The notes under the pieces: model-generated
Database searches by the model: none
What the model was told of the DNA's origin: nothing
What the model saw: only the letters and a program-made list of their open reading frames with translations
Program-made: the position numbers and the translations under genes
Origin: Podarcis vaucheri
Taxonomy: Eukaryota
Assembly: GCA_965113315.1 (NCBI GenBank)
Contig: OZ220363.1
Strand: one strand, 5' to 3'
Length of the DNA: 64,000 nt
Part shown: piece after piece, positions 53,069 through 64,000 of the stretch
Layout: each line of letters begins with the position of its first letter
Numbering within the stretch: position 1 is the first letter of the stretch

Positions 53069-53892
53069 TCAATAAATAATGACCATAATTTTGTTATTGT
53101 ATGGAAAATGTATAGGCTGATGTTCACATCTGAGACCTGACTGTTGGTTTCTTTCTTTCCTCTGTTCTTAGGATAAAGTGTTACATGGAATTTTAGTGGC
53201 GCCCGTCAGCTTTCATTGAATTTAAACCTCGTGAGTTGCTTTGACAACATGTCCCTAAGGGTTTCTATGTTCCATTACCTCTTACTTTAACCTCTCTCCC
53301 TTTTTTTGCATTTACCTTTTGGTTTGGGGTGAAGTGGATTTTTCCTTTTTAAAACTGAAGCCAACTTGGAATAAGTCTTCCCCCCCTCCCTTATTCAACC
53401 TTTGATCTTGCTGTTTTCTGGTTGCTATATATTACTTTGTTTTGCCTCATGCAAAGCGGTACATCCATTATCTTGTGGTCAAATATAGATGTCTTTCTGG
53501 TGAACGGTTTTATATAACATAAATGTGACTATAAACATTGACTGTACAAGATCTGATCCCTAAATGTGTTTATATAAGATAATATCACCCAAGGAGAGCT
53601 TTTATATATTTGCTTTCCTGACAAAAATGTCAGGAATTTTTTAACCTTTAAAAAAGCAAAATTTTAAAAGCACTTCAGTGCAACCTTTTAAAAAAAATGA
53701 ATACTGTAATATTTTAATCATTTCTGAAATTCTGTTCTGTAATACTTTACCATCCAAATTGCTGACTCCCTTAAAATATTACATGTGTCACTGGAAAGTT
53801 GCTGTAGGGGTTCTGTAACAAAAAAGCACTGAAATGGCTTACTTCTCTTCAAGTGGAGCATGGCAGTAAACAAGATGTATATATGTTATCTG

Positions 53893-53894
<2 letters not shown>

Positions 53895-53940
<46 letters not shown>

Positions 53941-54041
53941 TTATCCCCAGCCATCTGACTGGGTTGTCCCAGACAGTCTGGGCAGCTTCCAACAGCTTTC
54001 AAAACATAAAGAAACATCAAACGTTAAAAACTTCCCTATAC
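53895..54041 (-). mobile_element. L2 3' tail fragment including (AAT)14
   Basis: Reverse complement of the L2 3' UTR (ccatctgactgggttgtcccagacagtctgggcagcttccaaca). Confidence 0.75.
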
Positions 54042-54749
54042 ACTATAGAGGTGCACAGGCTGGTGAAATGAGAGCAGGCCTCCTCAATGGTGTCCCCCCA
54101 ACTGTGCAGTGCTCTCCGCAGGCAAAAATATTCTCATTCACCCAAGCTTGGGTGCCTAAATTTTCTGCTCATACTTTAATAGGGTGGGTTGAGCTGGACC
54201 TGCTCTTGAATATATATTATTGGTGAGCATTTTTAGGTTATTGTTCTCTTGTTTTTAATGTTTGTTTCTCCAGGTTCACCTTTGTGAAAAAATTGACTCA
54301 ACAACAACAACATTTTAGTCACACATACTCATGCTGAAAAGTGGTGCTTTGCTTGCCTGACTCCAGACAGAAATAACAACAACATTTTGGTCATACATAC
54401 TTATGTTTAAAAGTAGTGCTTTGCTTGCCCAGCTCCAGGCTTTTTCCTAAACCTTCCACTGCTAACGCAGGAACAACTAAAATTAATTATATGCATCCAA
54501 CAAAGCCCTCTCATTGAACTTTTCCTTATGATCTTGTGCTATTACTTGTATGTTTGTTTATAGAAGGTATACAAGGCAGGATACATACCCAAATATTGCA
54601 GTGTATATCCCCAGTCCCTAACATGATTGCTAATGTTACGTACATATAATTATATGTGTACAGTATATATCCTTAAGAGAGCCTGCATTTTTCTGTTGGA
54701 GCTCAATGTCTCTCAGTGCAGGCCTTGTGGCTGAGGCAGTGTGTCACAT

Positions 54750-55009
54750 GGAGCCAGTGTGGTGTAGTGGTTAAGAGCGGTAGACTCGTAATCTGGGGAA
54801 CCGGGTTCGTGTCTCCGCTCCTCCACATGCAGCTGCTGGGTGACCTTGGGCCAGTCACACTTCTCTGAAGTCTCTCAGCCCCACTCATCTCACAGAGTGT
54901 TTGTTGTGGGGGAGGAAGGGAAAGGAGAATGTTAGCCGCTTTGAGACTCCTTAGGGTAGTTATAAAGCGGGATATCAAATTCAAACTCTTCTTCTCTTCT
55001 TCTTCTTCC
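54750..55009 (+). mobile_element. Full-length tRNA/CORE-type SINE (MIR/Squam3-like)
   Basis: A box TGGTGTAGTGG; B box GGTTCGTGTC; CORE-like gctgggtgaccttgggccagtcac; (TTC)n tail. Confidence 0.85.
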
Positions 55010-55555
55010 TCAGAATATATGTAGGGTAGTAAAAAAAAACCAACTGTGTCATGAAGGCACCTGAATCTCCTGCGTGTTGCCTGGGGAGCAGAGCCTAAGG
55101 GTAGGGTGCAATCTGAGAAGGCAAGTTCATCCATATGAATAATGTTCAGTGGCCATTACACCAGAAGGTTTGGAACAGACTCCTGTAGAGGTCAGTCTCA
55201 GGTATTGAACTATAAACAGTAAAGGCATCAAGCAAGCCAATGTCCTCATTTCCTCCAATTCCCCGCTTTGACTGACTCACTTAGCAGTAACTCAACTGCT
55301 GTCAACATTCCACAAGTCCTAGGAGCTCTCAGGTCCTTGATGGGACCTTTGGGGAAAGTTAATTTATATTTAATTTAACTCACAAACTAATATAGGGAGT
55401 TTACCATCCCTGTGGAATTCTGTACCTTATTTTTGAATATCAAACTGATGGGCATTTAACCGCCTCTGAAGTCACCACAAGCCATCAGAGCAGTTTACAA
55501 CACCAAATATAGAGCAATAAAATGTATTAGTTCAAGGACAAACCCCTACCAAGGA

Positions 55556-55557
<2 letters not shown>

Positions 55558-55591
<34 letters not shown>
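55558..55591. repeat. (CT)17 microsatellite
   Basis: Seen directly. Confidence 0.95.
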
Positions 55592-55593
<2 letters not shown>

Positions 55594-56929
55594 TTATATA
55601 CAACCCACCCTTTAAGCATCTTCTCAACCCTGTGAGATAAGTGAGAGACCATGATGTGCCCAACACTACCTCGTGGGTTTAATGTCTGAGAAGGATGTAG
55701 AACTTTAGCCACTGCACGACACCTCACTGGCTATCGTGAGGGAGAAGGAGGAGACCAGAGCCCCTGCGACAGCTTCTGCCGCCTTCTCAGATGTGTTTGC
55801 CGCTCCCATTTGTTCTCTTCCACTGTCCTCTGCCCGCCACATCCACTTCCGGCCTGAGAAGTTCTGTGCAATCTTGCTTATATTTAAGTGAGCAATTAGT
55901 CATTCAATCACGATAAGCCTTACTGTATGAGTAATGCTTGTCCAAACGAGTTTTCAGTGAGTTATATCCCTAAGCATTTTTTTTTGTTTGATCTGATATT
56001 TCTAGCAGTAATTCAAAGAGAGGAGGAGATGACGCAATGTTTGTTTGTATGCCTGCACTTATTCATGTGATCGCTTCCACGAAAGTCAGCAGAACTGCTT
56101 GCATGTTTAAGGGGTTAGCATGTACGAAGCCAGGGCAGATTTGTCAGTCAGGTTTTGACATTTTCTGAGCATAAAATGTCCCAAGTGAGAAAACGCCAAG
56201 CTCAGCTATACAACATCTGCGTCTTATGTGGAAGGTATCAGGATCAATTAATGGAATCTCCAGGTAGGACTGCAACTGGGAGAGACCTCTGCCTGAAATC
56301 TTGGAGAGCAGCTAACAGCCAGTGTAGACAATATTGAGCTAGATGAATTAATGACTGAACTCAGTATAAGACAGCTTCTTAAGTTCCTACATGCTGCTAG
56401 TTCAGATCCATGTAACTGTAGAGAAATTCTGCATGCAAATGGCTTGATGGTGTGTAAAATTTCAGAACCTAGGGTGGGGAAGGATAACACTGGACAAAAT
56501 TCCTAATAGGGTTGCCAATCCCCCCAGGTTTGGCCTGGATTCCTCAGGAATCAACCTGCATCTTCAGGAATCTCCTGAGGTCAGTCCTAGAGAACCGACA
56601 AGCCACCTTTACTGTCTCACACCAAGGAGTGCTAGTCAGAAGCATGTACCAGGTGCTCTTGCTCGGCCGTCACTAGTTGGCTGAGCCTTTAAGAAAAGGT
56701 CAGGGGGCCAGGGCAGTGGAAAAACAAGCCACGGAAACAACTTCTGAGCAAATGTTTAAAAAATGGAATTTGAGCTGGAAGGTGCTGGAGATGGGGAGGG
56801 AGAGCTTTGTCAGTAAAGAGACGGGGGAAATCATGGAAAACAGTTCAAGGTAAACATTACAAAATGGAGTTACAAGACTAGGAGAGGACCCAGGGCAACC
56901 TAAGGAGGGACAGTGATAGGCATTCAGAC

Positions 56930-58412
56930 TCCAGCATGGTGAAGAGGCCTTATTTAAAGAACAGCAAAATGACAGACAGTGGTGATGGTGAAGGACATTA
57001 CAGTGACACGATAAATAAGGCAATGTGTGTGGTTTTAATGATGAATGGTGTGAGGAAGAGCCATTCAGAAACTGGCTTCACAAGGTCAGCACGGTTACAG
57101 CAGAATGCACTTTATGCCACCGATAGTTTTCAGTTAAATACGATGGAAGAAAAGCAGTAAGAAGCTATGCAGGAAGCATGTAACTCTGCTATTTTTATGT
57201 GACAGAGTGAATTAAGTATGACTTGCTTGATTTTTACAATGGCAATGATGGGACGCGTGAGGTAATTGCGACATGGATCTCTAGCATTCTACAGGAGAAC
57301 GACTGCAGCATTAGAAGTGTGTCTTCTTACGTGGCTGACGATGCAAGTCAACGCGCCAGAAATTAAAGCAGCTTAATGATCACCAGATACAAGGGGGATG
57401 CAAATATCATGTAATGCACAATTGACATAAACATGGGATGGAGGCTTTGAGTTTTGATGTAGAAACACTTACCCTCCAAGTACATACTGAGTTTTCTTCC
57501 TTGGCCAAAAAGGTAGAACCAACCTCTTTGCCCTTTCTTGAGTGTGTAGAAATGAAATACAAAGTTGTGCTTCAGCTCATACAAACAAGGTCGCTGCCAC
57601 TTCTACCAGCTACTGAACAGCTACTGCCACATTGGCAAGTAATGACAGCATACATCTTCTCAGAGAGGGCAGAAGAATGTGTGAAGATTGCGTGGGCAGC
57701 ATTCAGTGAGGAAGAACACGAATCTCTCCCTCTTTGTTAGGTTTACATTCTGCACTGCCCGATAGGATTCTTTCAGGGTACTGTGAAGAAACTGAAATGT
57801 AACAATGACTGCTACACAAAACTCCACAGTGTCATGGAAAGCCTCCATTCAAAACTGAAGAGAATAAGAAAGTTCAAAATCAGTTGAAGGCATTTTGGAG
57901 AATGTCTCCTCATCTGACAACAGAACATTGAGAGGAGAAGCAAGTTACAGTGGTACATTGAATACCTGGAGAAATGGTATGGTGCTGAAACACAACAACA
58001 ACAACAAAAAGGCGGCGCTCTCACTTCACAACAGTGCAAAATGGGCAAACTGAGAACTTCTTGCTATAGCACTCCACATTGAGATGATCACTGACAAGCT
58101 GTATGATTGCACAAATGAAATAAGAGATTGTATTGAAGGAGCAGAAATGGGCGAAGGTTTACAGACGAATGCCAGAGGGTAATGGCCACCAAATGAAGGA
58201 ACTGGTCTATTTAATACTTTCTGCACCTGTGTCTGTGATAAAGTTTTCAATTTAACGGTACAGCTGTGGAACAAGGCTGAGTGACAGTGTTATGAAGACT
58301 GAGCTGCAGGTACAACTGAACATTAACATGACCTGTGCAGAGATTCTTCTTAAAAGAGAACCCAGCTCTGCTAAAAACAGCAAGATTTAAATACAAATAC
58401 AAATTTAAAAGG
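56930..58412 (+). pseudogene. hAT transposase pseudogene (frameshifts and stops)
   Basis: Colinear fragments: IKYDLLDFYNGNDGTREVIATWISSILQENDCSIRSVSSYVADDAS (from 57211); ORF 57438-57740 with QTRSLPLLPATEQLL..W (degenerate TRWLSL motif); YIEYLEKWY; MKELVYLILSAPVS..KVFNL..LW..RLSDSVMKTELQVQLN (hAT C-terminal dimerisation-like). Confidence 0.8.
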
Positions 58413-58576
58413 GAGGAAGCTGAGGGCAACCCAGTTTTAAGGTGAAAACATCACATTTAATTTCAAATATTTCAATGTGAAGATGTCATGTCAGGGAGGT
58501 GTAGGGAGCTGTAGGGAGGGAGAATGCAACAAGTTTAGGGTGACAGAAGTGGCCCCAGAGAATAAGTGGTTGTCTG

Positions 58577-58737
58577 GGGCTGGATCTACACTGATGAAAA
58601 AAGCACTCTACGAAAAAGCTATAAAAGCTCTTAATGCAAAATTCCATTGGCGACAGGTCACTGCTCTACAGCGCCATCTGGTGTCACATTTCTATAACGC
58701 TGTTATAACAATATACTTGACAAGTGTAGCCGAGTCC
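58577..58737. mobile_element. Small MITE (Harbinger-like) nested in the hAT element, carrying a CTCF-like motif
   Basis: Imperfect TIRs GGGCTGGATCTACACT / AGTGTAGCCGAGTCC; CAGCGCCATCTGGTGTCA at 58669-58686. Confidence 0.55.
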
Positions 58738-59210
58738 TGGAATGATCCACTACTCTCCTCAGGACTTAATGTTTAAAGGTGAATTGAAGGCATAAGATTG
58801 GGTCTCTGGATTCCAGCCAGCATTTTGAGAGGTAAAGCAACACACAGAAATTTCATCACTGTTCGAAAAAATTATTCAGGAATTTCTTCTGCCAGAGTTG
58901 GCAACCTTAATTCTAAATGATGAATGCTTCCATAGGCAGCATAGGTCTTTCTCATCCCCTGGCTATCAGAAGCATGTTAATTTAACTAAGTAAATAGTGT
59001 ATTTTGGATTTAAAACTTCGGTTTAACAGAAGATTCCAGGCAATTGTGCATCCCTCAGGCACCCAAATGCATGGAAATGGTAAGTTAAGGTGCCCACATT
59101 ACATAATACACGTTGTGCAGTCTCAAATATTGTACTCATTTACAACTTAGTCTACCTTGATCTTTCAGCTCCAATCCACTTCCAACTTCGAAGCTGGGTA
59201 TTCTGCTAAA

Positions 59211-59778
59211 GTGACAGCAGCCACGAAATTAAAAGGCGCCTGCTTCTTGGGAGAAAAGCAATGGCAAACCTCAAAAGCATCTTAAAAAGCAGAGACATCA
59301 CCTTGCCGACAAAGGTCCGTATAGTTAAAGCCATGGTTTTCCCAGTAGTGATGTATGGAAGTGAGAGCTGGACCATAAAGAAGGCTGATTGCCAAAGAAT
59401 TGATGCTTTTGAATTATGGTGCTGGAGGAGACTCTTGAGAGTCCCATGGACTGCAAGAAGATCAAACCTCTCCATTCTGAAGGAAATCAGCCCTGAGTGC
59501 TCACTGGAAGGACAGATCCTGAAGCTGAGACTCCAATACTTTGGCCACCTCATGAGACGAGAAGACTCCCTGGAAAAGACCCTGATGTTGGGAAAGATTG
59601 ATGGCACAAGGAGAAGGGGACGACAGAGGACGAGATGGTTGGACGGTGTTCTCGAAGCGACTAACATGAGTCTGACCAAACTGCGGGGGGAAGTGGAAGA
59701 CAGGAGTGCCTGGCGTGCTCTGGTCCATGGGGTCATGAAGAGTCGGACACGACTAAACGACTAAACAACAACAACAAC
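59211..59778 (+). mobile_element. Bov-B (RTE) LINE, 5'-truncated, young
   Basis: Perfect 11-bp TSD ATTCTGCTAAA (59200-59210, 59779-59789); uninterrupted frame DSSHEIKRRLLLGRKAMANL...RTRLND; (CAA)n tail. Confidence 0.95.
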
Positions 59779-60504
59779 ATTCTGCTAAAACTTTTAAGAT
59801 ATGTGTTTTCAAACTCTAAACTCTGAATTCTGACAACCAATCAATTGCATACTTTATCTAGAGCTGCAAAGCACAATCTTGTGGACGCAAAGGAAACAGC
59901 AGAAGTAGAAAAGGAGGCATTTGAGCTTATCGGAACATCATGCTTGCAGGCTTGCTCTGCAGTGCTTGAAATTCTAATGATTAAATTCATTCAGTGTATA
60001 CAAAACCTACTTGTTGAAAAGGCCAGTCTTCTGCATGCTTAGTCATAAATGCACAGCTCACTTCCTTTCTCTGCTCGACTTCTGCTGTCTCATGACAAAA
60101 CAGACAGTTGCAATTTGCACCAATACCCATCTGCAACTCTGCCTTACATCCCTCTCTGCTGCAACCTCCATTTACCAACCTTGTTCCTCTACCCACAAAT
60201 ATACAACCCATCACTACTGAACTATGCCATTTTACCTAAATGTAAGCATATAAGGAAAGCAGAGGTTTAATATGCCACTGTCCCCATAGTGTCCAGAGCT
60301 TTAATATTTTTCCAGCCTTCAGAGAAAGAAGATGGAGGCTGAAAGACAGACATAGCAGCATTTCACTCAAATGCACATGCAGCATCACAACATATGTAAA
60401 CACACAGTAAGGAACTACACATAAACACAACCAGCAATGCACCATATGTAGCAACATGTACCAGCACTGGTGCCGGATTTACGTATAAGCTAAACAATCA
60501 ACAG

Positions 60505-60760
60505 TGGCCAAAGTGCTGGTTCTGACATATAAAACCCTAAATGACTTAAGACCCAGCTCTCTGGTGTAACATATCTCCCTGTACGGTTCTGCCTTTGACT
60601 TAAGGCCAACCCAGGAGACCCTGTTGATTATATCATTGCCTAATGAAGCCCGAACCTCTTGGAACACCTTCCCCCACAAAAGTTAAGCTGGCACCATCAT
60701 TTAATTCCTGGCATAAGCCGAAAACATTCCTGTTCTGCATTAGCTCATTTAATATGCTGG
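60505..60760 (+). mobile_element. Old L2-like fragment
   Basis: caaagtgctggttctgacatataaaaccctaaatgactta resembles KVLVLTYKALN of L2 ORF2. Confidence 0.55.
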
Positions 60761-60824
60761 GACAGACATAGAGTTTTAGGGTATCTATTTTGGAGTTTGC
60801 AGTAGTTGTTTAATTGGTGTGGGT

Positions 60825-60826
<2 letters not shown>

Positions 60827-60878
<52 letters not shown>
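60827..60878. repeat. (GA)26 microsatellite
   Basis: Seen directly. Confidence 0.95.
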
Positions 60879-60882
<4 letters not shown>

Positions 60883-62968
60883 CACCTTGAAACCATTTTA
60901 TGATGAAGAGCATGAAATGAATTTTATAAAATAAATTCTTCACAAGATTTTTGTGGAATTTGATTGGATTATATCCCTAACAAGTGAGATTCTTCATGAC
61001 AAGTTTCCTATTGATAAGACAAACTGTTTTGATTTTATGAGCAATAGATTTTTCAGCCTTCTTAATGACACAGACTACTTTTTTAAACAAAATGCTCACT
61101 TTAACTATACAGATGCTTCCACAGCTCTATAATATCCAGAGTTCATTTTGGAGCAAATCTGATTACAAGTAATATTCGTATTCATTTTGTAGCAGTCAAA
61201 AATGTATCATTTATTTGGGGGGAGTGCATGCTGCATTTGCCAATATTTGATAACGCCGTTATGATATTTCTGTCTTTCTTTTTGAAGCACCTAAACTGCC
61301 TTTGCCATACTATAGCTCAAGGCTTTGAACAAAATAATACAATAAAATCAATTCAGTTGCTAGAAATACATCCATCAATTAAAATGAGATAAGCGATTGG
61401 GGGGGGGGGGACAGCAGCAGAGATTATAGTTCATACATAGCCACAACAGTGAGCAACTCAATCTATTGTATAAAAAAAGACATATCCAAACCCACAAAAC
61501 TCAGTTAAAGTTTTGCAGCTGTTTACAGCTTCTTCTTTTTAATCTCTACTCACATAAATCATTATCTTGTATTTTTCTAATGGAGTTTTATTATATACAT
61601 TTTGCTGTAAACTTCTCTGGTATTTTATGTGATGATGATATAAAAATATGTAAATAAATAAATATACAGAATTAATTCACATGAAAGTTTGATGCAATAT
61701 TTTCAATATCAGATTCTGATATAAGCAAATCATTGGAAGCAAAAGGCATTGCTCTGTCAGCCTTGGCAAACACCATTTACTATGGAAATTGGACTTTCTC
61801 TTTTCCACGGTGAAATGGGGAAACTTTTCTTTAGACCTTTAAGTATTTAAAATATGGAACCGAGACCTAGTTTCAGGTATACGAGAGTTAACTTAATGTA
61901 CTTTGGAACAGTGTACAGGCGATTCCCTGGCCCTGAAATGTAACCTTTTTTTTTGGAGGCAATTATTATCAGCAATATTGTAATTATAAATCAGTGTTAA
62001 TTTCCCCACAGAGTCTGCCCATCTAGAAAGAAAGTTCAGGCCATTTGATTTGTTCTTAGTTCTGCACAATGATGCTCTTATTTTATCTGACATTCACTAA
62101 AAATAAATGTGTGCGAATGAAGGAATTAGGTCACCTAGTGACATGACTGGTAAGAAAGAATGTTCTGGAGGAGAGAAAAAAAGTTCCTGTGTGTGTACTG
62201 AGAAGCCCACAGTGTCTAATAAAAGGAGAATGGCAGGATGGCCACATTTAATTGGTTCCAGTGCTGAAACAGGGCGAGAATAATGCCAAGGTTAGCATAA
62301 TCATTGTTTTTGGTCTTAAGATACACTAAGGGAGTATGCTAATGAAGACTGGAAGGACACTGCGGCCAGAACCAACTTAACTCAGCACAAAGGTGGCTCT
62401 TGTATTGTTTTTATGTAACATCTCATCTTACTGAGCTCTTATTGTGGTTAACAAGCAGCTAGGCACTATTCAATAGAAATCATAACTAGATTTAGATTTG
62501 CAAGGTATTAGAACGTATCAACCATCTTTCCATACAATTGTAAGCCAAAATTTAGCTTTGGAGATCACTGTCGATCGCAAACTCTGGTTCATTTCAAAAT
62601 AAGCCAGTTTCAAAATATGGTTTGCTAAACTAACCCGGGTTTGTGATAAATCACAATCTCTGGTTCATACACAATATGCCAAGGTTAAGGAAAGGGAAAT
62701 GGCATCTTGGAAAAGTCCTTGTCCCAGCTATGCAGAGGAAGAGGAAGGCTTTGTTCTGGCCCATTCTAGATCAATGACATAGTGGTAAACCATTGTTTAG
62801 TGTGACTTGCAAACTGGACCACTGGCTGCTGCAAATACAGACATGCATATATCATTTTATTTGTATACTGCCTTTCTACTATGGAAGATAATGATTCCTG
62901 TTAGCTTGTGTGTGGCGTTTTAGCTTCTAGAGGTGACTTTTATGTTAATGACACCTATGATATGTATC

Positions 62969-63552
62969 CATAGCTGTCAACTTACAGATTTGAAAATAAG
63001 GGACCAGCAGCCAAAATAAGGGACCTGCAGCCTCACCTGTTCGAGGCACTCCAGTCTTCCTGTCCTCCTGCAGTCTGGTCCAACTCATGCTGGGTAGCTT
63101 CGAGAACACTGTCCAACCAACTTTGTAGCCACAGGTTCAACTGAATAGAATTTGAATCACATGCACCACAAGGCCTATGCAGCCTCAACTTAAGATGGCT
63201 CCCCAGCCTGGCTTTGCACTGCAAAGTTTGCAGCAGCACGTGCAACAAAATGGCGTCCAGCATTCAAAAAACCCCTCAGCTTGCATTAACTAGCCACACA
63301 CAAGGCATGCAAGCTCCACCCCCCAGTCGTTCTTAGACTTCTTATTGGGTGAGCAACACAGCCAAGCAACACAGTTGGAGCCTCCCTCCTCCCTGGCTGG
63401 CAGGGAGGGAGGGAGAGGAGCTGCTTCCTTTGAAATTTAAGGGACATCATTTAAGGGACATTTAAGGGACATTCATCAATAAGGGACAGCAGCGGGACAT
63501 GGCGCTGGAATAAGGGACTGTCCCTTCAAATAAAGGACACTTGACAGCTATG
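62969..63552. mobile_element. Non-autonomous hAT element with an internal Bov-B fragment
   Basis: Perfect 12-bp TIR CATAGCTGTCAA / TTGACAGCTATG; perfect 8-bp TSD TATGTATC (62961-62968, 63553-63560); repeated subterminal (A/T)TAAGGGAC motifs. Confidence 0.9.
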
Positions 63553-64000
63553 TATGTATCCCAAACCCAAAGCTTCCAGCATTTCTGTACATATGGCATC
63601 TTTATTACTGGAATCCGAGTATTAGGGCAGACCATTAGTTGTTGTTTTTTTTTTTAAGTTCTAAGAAAAAGGCCATTAAAAATAAATAAGATTTGAGTAA
63701 TTATAAATGAGCCAAGATGGTCAAAATCCAGCAAGTCTATGTAAATCCATGTTTACTGCAAATCATAAATCATTTTTAATTGTCAGGAGATCAGAAACTG
63801 CAATTTTCATGCCACATGATGTCCATATTATGTTACTTCCTGTTTCATGCAGTCCTGCCTATCTTTGCTTTGCCCTTTTTACCTAGAAAGTGTCAGAAAC
63901 TGCTTCAGAAACAGGAAATGACATCATATCTATATGAAAAAGTCCTTCCAGCTTCCCCCACCAACTCAGGTGGCCTGACTTTAATACTTACAGATGTGGG

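Larger units (their letters stand above)
56507..58909 (+). mobile_element. Decayed full-length hAT DNA transposon (TAGGGTTGCCAA TIR, Blackjack-like)
   Basis: TIRs TAGGGTTGCCAA (56507) / TTGGCAACCTTA (ends 58909), 11/12 match; degenerate 8-bp TSD ATTCCTAA/ATTCTAAA; fossil transposase between them. Confidence 0.72.

Noticed and set aside
57438-57740. Domesticated, intact transposase gene
   Set aside because: Neighbouring transposase segments are in different frames with stops, and key motifs are degenerate.
515-63263. The many 60-200 aa ORFs in the supplied track as host genes
   Set aside because: The recognisable ones are LINE (Bov-B, L2, CR1) or transposase remnants or their antisense frames. 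The rest have low-complexity or random composition and no splice-consistent structure.

Overview
This is repeat-rich vertebrate genomic DNA, almost certainly from a squamate and probably a lacertid lizard. The inference rests on Sauria SINEs, Bov-B/RTE LINE 3' ends, CR1 and L2 fragments, tRNA-derived SINEs, many TA-flanked Tc1/mariner (Tigger/pogo-like) MITEs and hAT MITEs with 8-bp TSDs. No complete protein-coding gene is present; the ORF-track entries are LINE or transposase remnants or chance ORFs. The left edge (1-95) looks like the start of a real minus-strand exon (branch point, pyrimidine tract, CAG, CpG-rich), so most of the window is probably a large intron or upstream region of a minus-strand gene that I cannot name. 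Highlights: (1) three young copies of a ~165-bp hAT MITE with perfect 8-bp TSDs whose body is a tandem array containing the telomeric GGGTTAGGG motif; (2) a ~2.4-kb decayed but terminus-complete hAT transposon whose fossil transposase is only partly shown by the ORF track; (3) a MITE nested in it that carries a near-consensus CTCF motif; (4) four solo LTRs with 5-bp TSDs plus one truncated LTR-like element; (5) a hAT element containing a Bov-B fragment; (6) candidate exons and TE-poor, enhancer-like blocks. Family names come from recalled consensus features, not a database search.
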